Positions 33,301-42,394 of a stretch of DNA of 64,000 bases are shown here, one piece after another. Both the position numbers and the translations under genes were made by a program. This stretch comes from an uncultured Candidatus Peribacteria bacterium (GTDB taxonomy: Bacteria > Patescibacteriota > Gracilibacteria > Peribacterales > Peribacteraceae), in NCBI GenBank assembly GCA_964635215.1, contig CAZWNJ010000003.1, positions 44,015 to 108,014 on the forward strand. Direction: 5' to 3'. Below the pieces are notes generated by a model. The model did no database searches. It saw nothing but the letters and a program-made list of their open reading frames with translations, and was not told the origin of the DNA. Every line of letters starts with the position of its first letter. Within the stretch, counting starts at the first letter, position 1.

Positions 33301-34689
33301 ATGACCACGACCGCCATTCTCACCCGCGACGACCAGCACCTGACCTGCGCCAACCTCATCGCCACTGCCAAGCGTCTGAACGAGGCGAAGCGCAACCACA
33401 ACTTCAGCGCCTTCCGCGAGATCTGCCTCACCTCCGGCCTCTCCGCCACCGTCACCTACAAGACGGCCACCGGCGGCCCCGACGAAACCTGCGACGAACC
33501 CCAGTTCTACTGGGACCGGCTCTGCACGGACATGGCGGGGACGATCGAGAGCGCGAAGAGCAACCGGGCGCTGGCCCGCGCGATGGGGATCGAAGTGTCG
33601 AACGCACACACGGCGGCGGCGAGCTTGCTCTACCGCCTCACCGAGTGCGCGTTCCCGGACATCTTCGATGTCGAACTCTGCCACCGTCCGCACGAATCCG
33701 CCAAGGAGAGCCGTGGCTTGCCCAGCCGCGTCACGATGTACCACGCCGCCAACGGCAGCGCACGGCACTCGTGGGCGAGCCATCTGTTCCTCCTCTTCCA
33801 CGGCCACAATGTCGAGGCGATCATCAATCGCCACGTCCGCGAGCGCAGCAAGCACCTCTACGACCTCATGGGCGACAACGGCTACCGGCTCGGGCAGCTG
33901 CTCTACGAGCAGCGCATGCTCATCCCGGACGCCACGATGGCGAACCTCCTCAGCAGCGTGCTCAAGCGCGGCCAGAGCGGTGAGACCATCCACATCCTTG
34001 GGGCGTTCTGCCCCGACTACGCCTATGAGGCCACCGGGGATCCGAACCTGCCGTACCGCTACACCTTCGACGGTCTCAATACCGGCGTCGGTCTCGTGGC
34101 CCAGCAGTTCCTCCGGGTCACCCGGCCCATCTCGCAGTTCCTCACCTCCCTCGGCATCCGCCACGAGTTCGTGTACGGCATCGGCGACTTCGAGGCGGAC
34201 TCCATCGACATCCAACGGCGCGTGCTCGGCCGGGAAGATTACGACGAGTTCGTCCGCCGGTGCTCCTGCTCCCTCGACGCATTTCGCGAGAAGATCGGGG
34301 CTGACATCCCCGTGACGCTCGAGCTGTGCGACGCACACCGGTGCAAGGGGCGCCTGCGGCCCTACGCCAAGGCGGCGACGGAGCAGATGGTCAGTGGCGA
34401 CTTCGGTCGCATCGGGGAACTCTTCCCGAATCCGGAGAAGGTCATCGCTCAGATCGTGCGTGAGAACGGCGGTTTCTACCGACGCTGGTTCTCGCCCGAC
34501 ATGGGTGACGACAAGATCCGGGAACTGGTCCTGCTGCAGGGTGGCGAGTACGCGGCTCTCGCGCGTATCTATGCCGAAGACTTCAAGGAGTCGAACATCA
34601 TCGTGCTGTCGGGTGACCGACCGCTCATGCACACGTTCGACGCCCTGCACACCGTCACCCCCATCCTTTGCGTCAAGCGGGCGTACTGA
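33301..34689 (+). CDS. uncharacterised 462-aa protein
   Basis: Strong GC3 bias on the plus strand; the antisense 511-aa ORF is a shadow. No family recognised. Distinctive segments: ILGAFCPDYAYE, YRYTFDGLNTGVGLVAQQF, FVYGIGDFEADS, LLQGGEYAALARIY. Confidence 0.65.
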   Translation: MTTTAILTRDDQHLTCANLIATAKRLNEAKRNHNFSAFREICLTSGLSATVTYKTATGGPDETCDEPQFYWDRLCTDMAGTIESAKSNRALARAMGIEVSNAHTAAASLLYRLTECAFPDIFDVELCHRPHESAKESRGLPSRVTMYHAANGSARHSWASHLFLLFHGHNVEAIINRHVRERSKHLYDLMGDNGYRLGQLLYEQRMLIPDATMANLLSSVLKRGQSGETIHILGAFCPDYAYEATGDPNLPYRYTFDGLNTGVGLVAQQFLRVTRPISQFLTSLGIRHEFVYGIGDFEADSIDIQRRVLGREDYDEFVRRCSCSLDAFREKIGADIPVTLELCDAHRCKGRLRPYAKAATEQMVSGDFGRIGELFPNPEKVIAQIVRENGGFYRRWFSPDMGDDKIRELVLLQGGEYAALARIYAEDFKESNIIVLSGDRPLMHTFDALHTVTPILCVKRAY

Positions 34690-34794
34690 GCTCACAGCCG
34701 AAAGGCTCAGTACAACTTCACATCGCTGCCTCGGCAGCATCACTCATCCCCCAGACGGGCAACCGTCTGGGGGATCCCCTCTCACTTCCTCCGC

Positions 34795-34800
34795 TACACT
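34795..34800 (+). promoter_or_regulatory. -10 box TACACT, 8 nt before ATG 34809
   Basis: Motif spacing only. Confidence 0.4.
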
Positions 34801-34808
34801 CTCCCCAT

Positions 34809-35933
34809 ATGTCCCTCCCTCAACTCCTCGTCGACGCTTCGAGTCCCGAGATCCGCGCCCGCACCGGGCTCACCGCGCCGGACGTGTTCCTGTACCTCAG
34901 AGATGCCGCTGGCAAAGACAGCGCCTACTTTGACGCCCGGGAATACGGCGTACAGCAAGAGCGCCTGAAGGCGCTCGGCAGCAGCCTGAAGCTCGTTAAA
35001 CTGGAGCCGTATCTGGAGCAAGCAGAGAAGATCGATATCTCCGCCTCACAGCAGCAGCGCGCACTTATCGCCATCCTGCGCGAGCAGAACATCGCAGAGC
35101 TGGCCGTCTCGGCCGCACTCCCCTACGGCTGGGCCACGGTGTTGGAGAAGGCCGGCATCACGCTCTCCATCCACGACTTCGCGCGCGAGCAGCGCCACAA
35201 GACCGAGCAGCAGCTTGGATTTATGGATAAGGCGCAGCGCGTCACTGAGGGCGCCTACGACCTCGTCCGCAAGATCCTCTCCGAGAGCACGATCGAGGGC
35301 AGCAAGATCCTGCACGGCGGCAAGCCCCTCACAAGCGAGTGGGTGAAGTCGCAGGTGCAGCTCTACTTCATCGAGCGCAACTTCAGCAATCCCCACGGCA
35401 TGATCGTCGCCTCGGGCGAGCAGGCCGCGCGCCCGCACGACGACGGCCACGGCGAGCTCCTGGCCAACAGCACGATCATCGTCGATATCTTCCCGATGGA
35501 TAATGTCACCGGCTACTACGCCGACATGACGCGCACCTATGTGAAGGGCACGCCTTCCGCCGACGCCCTCGCCATCCACACCGCGGTGCAGGAGGTCCAG
35601 AAGACCGTCCTCGACCAGATTCAGGTCGGCTCCGTCTGCGGCGATATCTACGCACTCACAGTTGAAGAGTTCAAGAAGCGCGGCTTCGAGAGCGGCAGCG
35701 AGAAGGGCTTCATGCACCGTACCGGCCATGGACTCGGCCTCTCGGTGCACGAAGATCCAAGCCTTCTTAAGGGCTGGAAGGACAAGATGGAGCCCGGCAT
35801 GGTGACCACCGTCGAACCCGGCCTCTACTACCCGGGCATCGGCGGCTCGCGGATCGAAGACGTCGTCGTCTTCCACGAAGACGGCCGTAAGGAAAACATC
35901 ACGCGCTACCCGAGCGACCTCATCATCCCCTAA
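34809..35933 (+). CDS. M24-family Xaa-Pro peptidase / aminopeptidase P-like
   Basis: IVDIFPMDNVTGYYADMTRT, HRTGHGLGLSVHEDP, VEPGLYYPGIGGSRIEDVVV (pita-bread metal ligands). Confidence 0.85.
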   Translation: MSLPQLLVDASSPEIRARTGLTAPDVFLYLRDAAGKDSAYFDAREYGVQQERLKALGSSLKLVKLEPYLEQAEKIDISASQQQRALIAILREQNIAELAVSAALPYGWATVLEKAGITLSIHDFAREQRHKTEQQLGFMDKAQRVTEGAYDLVRKILSESTIEGSKILHGGKPLTSEWVKSQVQLYFIERNFSNPHGMIVASGEQAARPHDDGHGELLANSTIIVDIFPMDNVTGYYADMTRTYVKGTPSADALAIHTAVQEVQKTVLDQIQVGSVCGDIYALTVEEFKKRGFESGSEKGFMHRTGHGLGLSVHEDPSLLKGWKDKMEPGMVTTVEPGLYYPGIGGSRIEDVVVFHEDGRKENITRYPSDLIIP

Positions 35934-35946
35934 TCCCCCACCCACC

Positions 35947-36294
35947 ATGTCCAACGTTTTCTTCCCCAAGGACGCCGCCAAGAAGTACGCCATCGACGGC
36001 GGCGACTGCTATCTCTACCCCGACTGTCCGACCGGCCGCCTCTCGTGCGCGTACGTCGTGCAGGACGGCCGCTACCCCGTGCAGGGCCGGAAGGTGAACA
36101 AGACCTGCACCGAGGCGATGTTCATCATCGACGGCGAGTACACGATGAACCTCGGCGGCGAGATCCTGAAGCTGAAAGCCCACGACGTCGTCTACGTGAC
36201 GCCGGGTACGCCGTACTCCATCGAAGGCAAAGGCACGTCGTTCGTCTTCATCGAACCGAAGTGGGACTCGGCCCAGAACGTCTCCACGGAGTGA
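35947..36294 (+). CDS. cytoplasmic cupin-fold protein, paralog of 32379..32879
   Basis: 115 aa. It lacks the canonical cupin HxH/E metal motif. See the paralog comparison at 32379..32879. Confidence 0.7.
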   Translation: MSNVFFPKDAAKKYAIDGGDCYLYPDCPTGRLSCAYVVQDGRYPVQGRKVNKTCTEAMFIIDGEYTMNLGGEILKLKAHDVVYVTPGTPYSIEGKGTSFVFIEPKWDSAQNVSTE

Positions 36295-36296
36295 CG

Positions 36297-37487
36297 TCAG
36301 GGGCAAGCCGGCCGTGGGTTCGAGGTGATCGTCGTGCCGTAGTGCACGGTCAGGAAATACTTGCGTGACGCCGGATCGACGGCGATACCGAGCCCCAGCA
36401 TCCGGAAGTTCGGTTGCACGAGACTGCGCCAGTGCGGGCCGTCGCCCGCCTCTTCACTGGTGTAGAAATCGAATGTCGTCCGGACTGCATCGATGAAATT
36501 ACCGGTGCAGTCGCCGTCTGTCGGACAACGGTAGACCCCCCAGCCGATGTTCTCGGTGAAGGTGATGCGATCGACGTTCTTGAAGGAGAGGCCAAGATTG
36601 GAGAACCACTGCTCGATCTGGCCGTAGTCATAGTAGGCGCTGTCACCGAAGCGCTTGTGGGAGATCGTTCCCTTGTCTCGCGCGGAGGCCGCCCAGAGTC
36701 CGGCCGTCCAGTCGAGCGGGCGGCTGAAGCTGTACGGCGTGAGGCCGCGGCTCGTCCGTAGGCCATTCACCCAACCAAGCCAAGCCCGGCGGACTTCATC
36801 CATATTCACGCGCGCAACCGACTCCGGCGAAACGAGACGGCAATCCTTCACCAGGAGATCCTCGGCCGCGGCGGCGGGAAGGTCGGTGACGCCGGTTTGT
36901 AATCGCCAGAGGATCTGAGCCATCTCGCCACGTGTGACGGTCTGCTCGGCGTGGCCGAGGGTCGGCGGCACAGCCTGCTTTTCCGCGACCGCTTGCATCG
37001 CTGGCACATACCATGCGTCGCCTTCATGAAGGGCATCTGTGATGACAAGATTCATCAAGCGCACAGCAATTTGAGAGAGCTCGGCGAGCGTTAGCCGATC
37101 GGCAGGGTGGAACTTGCCGTCGGAGCCGCCTCGCATGAGCCCAAGCGCCTTGGCGCTACAGGCATACGGGGCGTACCAGGCCTGGATGTCGACATCTGGA
37201 AAGTCACGTCCCGGACGTCGGCACCCGCTCAACACTCTGCCACTTCCCGAGAGAAGCGTGATGATCTTTGCCGCCTCGGCTCGGTTCAGATGGTTATCAG
37301 GACGAAACGTGCCGTCAGCAAAACCCTGCAGCACGCCACGGTCATGAAAGTATGCCGCGGCACTAGCTGCAGGATTCGCAGGATCGACGTCGGTAAAAGG
37401 GCCCCCAGCGCGAGCTACGGGACTGAAGAGCAGTGCGATGAAAGCGGCAGCGGATGCAAAACGTAACACGCCAGTATCATACCGCAT
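36297..37487 (-). CDS. secreted protein: three SLH domains plus a C-terminal CAP/SCP (PR-1-like) domain
   Basis: FTDVDPANPAASAAAYFHDRGVLQGF..., FPDVDIQAWYAPYACSAKALGLMRG... The C-terminus WLGWVNGLRTSRGLTPYSFSRPL...HWRSLVQPNFRMLGLGIAV is CAP-like. Confidence 0.65.
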   Translation of the reverse strand: MRYDTGVLRFASAAAFIALLFSPVARAGGPFTDVDPANPAASAAAYFHDRGVLQGFADGTFRPDNHLNRAEAAKIITLLSGSGRVLSGCRRPGRDFPDVDIQAWYAPYACSAKALGLMRGGSDGKFHPADRLTLAELSQIAVRLMNLVITDALHEGDAWYVPAMQAVAEKQAVPPTLGHAEQTVTRGEMAQILWRLQTGVTDLPAAAAEDLLVKDCRLVSPESVARVNMDEVRRAWLGWVNGLRTSRGLTPYSFSRPLDWTAGLWAASARDKGTISHKRFGDSAYYDYGQIEQWFSNLGLSFKNVDRITFTENIGWGVYRCPTDGDCTGNFIDAVRTTFDFYTSEEAGDGPHWRSLVQPNFRMLGLGIAVDPASRKYFLTVHYGTTITSNPRPACP

Positions 37488-38277
37488 CCTGATCACAGTC
37501 CCGATGCCCATTGCGCTTGGCGCGACGGCGGAGTAATTCCTGACGCCAGACATGATAGTCACGCAACTCGTCGAGTGAGGGCTTCAGTTTCCCTTCCACA
37601 CGTTCTAAATGTGTCAAATGCTCGTACGCCGCCTCCAAGATGTTCTGCTGATCCAGCTCCGAGTGCCGTTGATGTTTCGCACCGCGTAGCACCGTCAGTA
37701 GTTCCGACCGCACGTTCGGTTGCATCGGTTTCACCCAGGCCAGTTCGCAGTTGTGGCCTTTTTCCTGCAAGATCTGGACGAGCTGTGCGACCGGACAGGC
37801 CTCTTGAAACATACCCTGCAAACCGTCAACGACTTCAGCAGCCTCGTCCGGTAACTCAATCCCCGCGCTAACGGCAACGATGACACCCTGGGTCAATTTT
37901 GATTCCTCGGCTAGATGGGTCCAGCGGTGCACCTTATGCCGAACGGCATTACGTCGGCCCTCAATGTTGTGCATCGGCGTCAGCAGAACTTGAGGTTCGT
38001 ACAACGATTCCCAGCGCGTGGGATTCAGAATCTCCAGGCCATCTGCGATCACGGCCGGCGGGAGTGTGAGACGCAGGCGAGTCGCGCGTACGAGCAGCAG
38101 CGAACGCAAAAGACCATCGGGCATGGGATGTCCAACCACTCGATGCCAGTCGTTGTGGCGGTCTTCGTTGACGATGGTGATGTTGGTACGATGACTAGAG
38201 CCCCCATGCGATCTGGGCAACCCGTGATGCTCATTGCGTGAGGACATCAACCATAGTGAAATCCTCCTCCGCCCCAT
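37477..38277 (-). CDS. hypothetical protein
   Basis: The track ORF extends over tRNA-Tyr. I trimmed it to the first ATG downstream of the tRNA; ATG 38247 is an alternative. No integrase or nuclease motif is convincing. Confidence 0.45.
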   Translation of the reverse strand: MGRRRISLWLMSSRNEHHGLPRSHGGSSHRTNITIVNEDRHNDWHRVVGHPMPDGLLRSLLLVRATRLRLTLPPAVIADGLEILNPTRWESLYEPQVLLTPMHNIEGRRNAVRHKVHRWTHLAEESKLTQGVIVAVSAGIELPDEAAEVVDGLQGMFQEACPVAQLVQILQEKGHNCELAWVKPMQPNVRSELLTVLRGAKHQRHSELDQQNILEAAYEHLTHLERVEGKLKPSLDELRDYHVWRQELLRRRAKRNGHRDCDQDAV

Positions 38278-38300
38278 TGGCAAGTCTTTTATGAGAACCG

Positions 38301-38386
38301 TGGTGGGCCGGGAAGGATTTGCACCTTCGAAGGCAGAAGCCACCTGATTTACAGTCAGGCCCGTTTGACTACTTCGGTACCGACCC
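38301..38386 (-). tRNA. tRNA-Tyr (anticodon GUA), CCA encoded
   Basis: The reverse complement reads GGGTCGG...CCTGA-CTGTAAA-TCAGG-long variable arm-GAAGG-TGCAAAT-CCTTC-CCGGCCC-A-CCA. Confidence 0.88.
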
Positions 38387-38495
38387 ACGGAACAAAAACG
38401 ACAAGAAGAAAGAGCGTGCGCAAGCCAATACATTCTACGTCAAGGAATGTCCCGGCTCAATGCCTGTTCCCGTGCCCCTACGCTACCATTGCGGC

Positions 38496-38756
38496 ATGGC
38501 GAAACTCTGGTTCCGCGCCAAGCGCTACGGCTACGGCTGGACCCCGGCCACCTGGCAGGGATGGCTCGTAGTAGGCATTGCCATTTTTTTGTATCTCGTG
38601 CCATCCGGCCTGCTGCTGATCTTCGGTCCCGAAGCACTGTCTGCCGAAACCTTCCTCGCCCTCTGTCTGCCGTGGTACGTCGGCATCACCATCGTCCTCA
38701 TTTGGATCTCAGCTAAAACTGGTGAACCTCTGCGTTGGCGCTGGGGCGGGCGCTGA
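38496..38756 (+). CDS. small two-TM membrane protein
   Basis: MAKLWFRAKRYGYGWTPATWQGWLVV... The ATG lies 6 nt after TACCAT. Confidence 0.55.
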   Translation: MAKLWFRAKRYGYGWTPATWQGWLVVGIAIFLYLVPSGLLLIFGPEALSAETFLALCLPWYVGITIVLIWISAKTGEPLRWRWGGR

Positions 38757-38788
38757 GAAGGTATACTGACGCCATCCCCCCCTCCCCT

Positions 38789-39196
38789 ATGGTCCTCACG
38801 AACCTTTCGGTCCTCGGCGTCGTATTGGCGTCCGTCATCGGCTGGCTTCTGGGCTGGCTTTGGCATTCACCATACCTCTTCGGCCCGCTCTGGATGAAAT
38901 GTTCGAAACTGAGTACCGAGCAGCTCATCGCCAACCGCGAGAAGTCGATGATCTACGGCTTTCTCAACGTCATTCTGGGAGTCGTCCTCCTTGGACTCCT
39001 CCTATCGTTCTTACACCCTGGCAGCATTCGCGAGGCGCTCGATTTCTCCTTCATTGCCTGGCTGGCCCTACAGCTGCCGTCGCTCCTCAGCTCCTGGATC
39101 TTCGAACAGCGGTCACCCGTCATGCTCGCAATCAACGGCGGATTCTCGCTGCTGCTCACACTCGTCACCGCGGTCATCCTGACCATTACGGCCTAA
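38789..39196 (+). CDS. DUF1761-like membrane protein
   Basis: Four TM helices. GWLLGWLWHSPYLFGPLWMK resembles the DUF1761 N-terminus. Confidence 0.5.
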   Translation: MVLTNLSVLGVVLASVIGWLLGWLWHSPYLFGPLWMKCSKLSTEQLIANREKSMIYGFLNVILGVVLLGLLLSFLHPGSIREALDFSFIAWLALQLPSLLSSWIFEQRSPVMLAINGGFSLLLTLVTAVILTITA

Positions 39197-40411
39197 TCAC
39201 TCGTATCGCAGTGCTTCCATCGGGCTCAGATCTGCCGCTCGTTTGGCCGGATAGAGGCCGAAGACGAGACCGGTGCCGATGGCCATGCCAGCCGCAATGA
39301 CGATTGCCCAGGGTGAGAGGATGAATTCGAATGTCCCGAGGAAACGCGCGGCGATTTTCGACAGAATCCAGCCAAGACCCGCACCGCCAATGATGCCGAT
39401 GATGCCGCCGCCGAGTGTGAGCGATACGGCTTCATAGAGGAACTGACCCATGATGTCGCGACGCATGGCACCCACAGCCTTCCGCAGTCCAATTTCGCGC
39501 GTTCTCTCGGTGACCGTCACGAGCATGATGTTCATGATGCCAATACCACCGACAATGAGTGAGATACCGGCGACAAGTGAAAGAAAGAGCGTGAGGCCGA
39601 GTGTCACAGTGCTAATAATGCCCGTGGCCTGCTCGGCGCTGTGGATGCCAAAGTCATCCTTATCGGGGTCATTCTCTGGATTCTTGATGCGATGCTGCTC
39701 GCGAAGAACTGACTTCACGTCCATCGTGGCTAGTTCTCCGTCACCGACCGTCTGACACAGCATGTATGTCAGGTGCTTCTGGCCGGTCTGGGCCCGTGCG
39801 GCCGAGTACGGAATGAACACGGTGCCGTCGAGCTGCTGCAGAAGAGCTGAACCAGCACTCTTGAGAATGCCAACAACGGTATAGGACACATTGCCAATCG
39901 TGACACGCTCACCGATCGCATCTCGGTTCCCGAACAAATCTTCAGCCGTTTTTGATCCAAGAACTGCTACCGCTTTGGCACCGTCCTCGTCGGCCGGTTC
40001 AAGCGTCCGACCGCGTGAGATTTTGAGCGCATAGTTCTCGATGAGAACTCCATAGGCGCCAAGCACGAGCGGCTTTGTCTCTTCGGTACCGAAGGTCACC
40101 GTCTCGGAAACAACAATGACGGGCGTAGCGTTCTTGACGGTCGATAGACGGCTGATCGCTTCAAAATCGTCAAAGGTCAGACTCTTCAAGTTACCGCCGA
40201 ATTTCGACAGACCCTGGGGCAGAATTTCCAACATGTTCGTACCGACACTCTCCACCTGGTCGAGAATGTAATTCTGAAAACTCGCACCCATCGACACCAT
40301 GAGCACGACCGAACCGACACCGATCATGATGCCAAGCGTCGTCAGAAGCGACCGTGTCATGTTCGCGGTAATCCCCTTCAGCGCGGTGGTGAGCGTATCT
40401 TGAATCAGCAT
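39197..40411 (-). CDS. MacB/FtsX-type ABC transporter permease (second copy)
   Basis: N-terminal TM (RSLLTTLGIMIGVGSVVLMVS), a large periplasmic domain, and a C-terminal FtsX domain (ERTREIGLRKAVGA). Confidence 0.85.
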   Translation of the reverse strand: MLIQDTLTTALKGITANMTRSLLTTLGIMIGVGSVVLMVSMGASFQNYILDQVESVGTNMLEILPQGLSKFGGNLKSLTFDDFEAISRLSTVKNATPVIVVSETVTFGTEETKPLVLGAYGVLIENYALKISRGRTLEPADEDGAKAVAVLGSKTAEDLFGNRDAIGERVTIGNVSYTVVGILKSAGSALLQQLDGTVFIPYSAARAQTGQKHLTYMLCQTVGDGELATMDVKSVLREQHRIKNPENDPDKDDFGIHSAEQATGIISTVTLGLTLFLSLVAGISLIVGGIGIMNIMLVTVTERTREIGLRKAVGAMRRDIMGQFLYEAVSLTLGGGIIGIIGGAGLGWILSKIAARFLGTFEFILSPWAIVIAAGMAIGTGLVFGLYPAKRAADLSPMEALRYE

Positions 40412-40415
40412 GAGA

Positions 40416-41642
40416 TCATTCGTAACGGAGGGCTTCCATAGGCTCGAGCAGGGACGCACGACGGGCGGGCGAGATCCCGAAAACAAGCCCCGTAATCGCC
40501 GCCATCGCCAGTGCGGCAACGATGGAAAGCGGTTCGATACTAAATTCGTAGGTAGAGAGGAAGGCGCGAGCGATGATTGCGATGAGATACGCACCACCGA
40601 TGCCTAGGATGGTGCCGATCACTCCGCCGACGAATGTCAGGAGCACAGCCTCAATGAGAAACTGGCGCAAGATGTCGCGGCGCAATGCTCCCACCGCTTT
40701 GCGTAGGCCGATTTCGCGTGTGCGCTCAGAGACAGTCACCAACATAATATTCATGATGCCGATGCCGCCGACGACGAGGGAGATGGCGGCGATCATCGTG
40801 ATGAACATCGTCAATCCAAGCGAGACACCGCTCAAGATCTGATTGGCCTGGGCGGAATCGCGGACGACGAAATCGTCTTTCGTAGTGTCATCCTTGGGAT
40901 TCTGGATGCCATGACGGCGACGCAGGAGATCCTTCACATCGGCGAAGGCGCTGTCGAAATCATCCACAGCCTCCATTGTGACGTAGTTCACGTAGCGTTG
41001 ACCCGTGACGGACTTTGCCACAGTGAAGGGCACATAGATGCGGTCGTCGGCATTCTGGAAGAACTGCGACCCTAGCGGCGATGCCAAGCCGATAATGGTG
41101 TAGGTATTGTCGCCGATCTTGATGCGTCGACCGAGTGGATCCTGGCTGCCGAATAACTTCTCACTCGCAGTCTTGCCGATAACTGCCACAGTCTTCGCAC
41201 CATCTACATCTGCACGATCAAAGAGTCGACCCGCGGCGGCGGTGATGCTGGAGTTATGGAATTGCTCGGGATAGACACCAATGACACGGGCTCCCGACGT
41301 CTGACGTTCGTACGTCACTGGCTGGCCGACGAAAATCGCCGGCGAGATGTTCGTGATGGTGGGAAGCTTGCGGAGTTGCTCGATATCGTCAAACGTGAGG
41401 CTGTCATGACCGGCTGTCACAGCGCTTGCGCCGCCTTCCTGGACACCGGGGAAGATCACCATGCTCTTGGGGCCGAGGCTGCTGATCTGACCTAAAATGA
41501 GGCCCTGCATGCTGGCACCGATCGCGCTCATGAGCACGACCGCGCCGACGCCGATGATGATGCCGAGCATCGTCAGGGCGGAACGGGTGAGGTTCGCTGT
41601 CACCCCCTTACGTGCCGATTTGAGGGTGTCGGTCAGGCGCAT
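40416..41642 (-). CDS. MacB/FtsX-type ABC transporter permease (first copy)
   Basis: Same architecture as the neighbour (ERTREIGLRKAVGA). Tandem paralog. Confidence 0.85.
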   Translation of the reverse strand: MRLTDTLKSARKGVTANLTRSALTMLGIIIGVGAVVLMSAIGASMQGLILGQISSLGPKSMVIFPGVQEGGASAVTAGHDSLTFDDIEQLRKLPTITNISPAIFVGQPVTYERQTSGARVIGVYPEQFHNSSITAAAGRLFDRADVDGAKTVAVIGKTASEKLFGSQDPLGRRIKIGDNTYTIIGLASPLGSQFFQNADDRIYVPFTVAKSVTGQRYVNYVTMEAVDDFDSAFADVKDLLRRRHGIQNPKDDTTKDDFVVRDSAQANQILSGVSLGLTMFITMIAAISLVVGGIGIMNIMLVTVSERTREIGLRKAVGALRRDILRQFLIEAVLLTFVGGVIGTILGIGGAYLIAIIARAFLSTYEFSIEPLSIVAALAMAAITGLVFGISPARRASLLEPMEALRYE

Positions 41643-41644
41643 GG

Positions 41645-42382
41645 TTACTTGAGGTTCTCGACGTGATCGGCGAACAGACGCTCAAAGCTGCGAGAGTCAT
41701 CGGCGATACGGCCGTCGCGGATATGGAGGATGCGCTCGGCGTGCTGGGCCGTGAGCATCTCGTGTGTGACGAGGATAATGGAGTGCCCAGCGGAATGCAG
41801 GGCTTGAAGAGCTTGCATGACTGCGCGTCCGGACGCGGAATCGAGGTTGCCTGTTGGCTCATCGGCAAAGATCAATTCCGGATCGGTGACGAGTGCGCGA
41901 GCAATGGCGACACGCTGTTTCTGACCGCCGGAGAGCTGGCTGCTCATGTATTCGGCGCGGTCCCCAAGACCGACCTTCTCGATTGCCGCCAGAGCCCGGT
42001 CGCGACGCTCGGCGACGGGAATCGTCGGGTGATAAAGGAGTGGCAACATGACGTTCTCCATCACCGTCGTACGCGGCAAGAGGTTGAAAGCCTGGAAGAC
42101 GAAGCTCACACGCGTCGCGCGAATGCGGGCCAGGGCGTCGTCATCCATCACTTCGGTCTTTTGGCCGTTGAACACATACTCGCCACCTGTATGCGAATCG
42201 AGAAATCCCAGAATATGCATGAGTGTGGACTTGCCCGAGCCGGACGGTCCCATGATGGCGACGAACTCGCCGCGATTGATCTTCAAATCGATATCAAACA
42301 GCACCTTCGTCTCGACCCCATCGTTAAAGTACGACTTGCAGAGTTTGAAGGTTTCAATGAGGGGAGGGTGCTCAGAGGGCAT
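41645..42382 (-). CDS. ABC transporter ATP-binding protein (MacB/LolD-like)
   Basis: [34 protein letters not shown]. Confidence 0.92.
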   Translation of the reverse strand: MPSEHPPLIETFKLCKSYFNDGVETKVLFDIDLKINRGEFVAIMGPSGSGKSTLMHILGFLDSHTGGEYVFNGQKTEVMDDDALARIRATRVSFVFQAFNLLPRTTVMENVMLPLLYHPTIPVAERRDRALAAIEKVGLGDRAEYMSSQLSGGQKQRVAIARALVTDPELIFADEPTGNLDSASGRAVMQALQALHSAGHSIILVTHEMLTAQHAERILHIRDGRIADDSRSFERLFADHVENLK

Positions 42383-42394
42383 GTAATGAAGAGG

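Noticed and set aside
33208-34743. 511-aa ORF antisense to the 33301..34689 gene
   Set aside because: Shadow-frame composition with runs of R, G, V and A. The plus frame has strong GC3 bias and a normal amino-acid mix.
35046-35993. 315-aa ORF antisense to the M24 peptidase gene, and the similar antisense ORFs at 53054..54313, 46823..47674 and 62228..63181
   Set aside because: Each lies opposite a confidently identified gene (M24 peptidase, rpoD, ftsK, der). They are shadow ORFs.
37477-38277. Gene next to tRNA-Tyr as a possible integrase marking a genomic island
   Set aside because: I could not find the R...HxxR...Y tyrosine-recombinase pattern or a serine-recombinase motif, and I noticed no direct repeat of the tRNA 3' end nearby.
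37477-38433. Full-length track ORF (318 aa) and the plus-strand ORF 38319..38756 running across 38301..38386
   Set aside because: Both overlap a well-folding tRNA-Tyr. I trimmed each CDS to the first start codon outside the tRNA.
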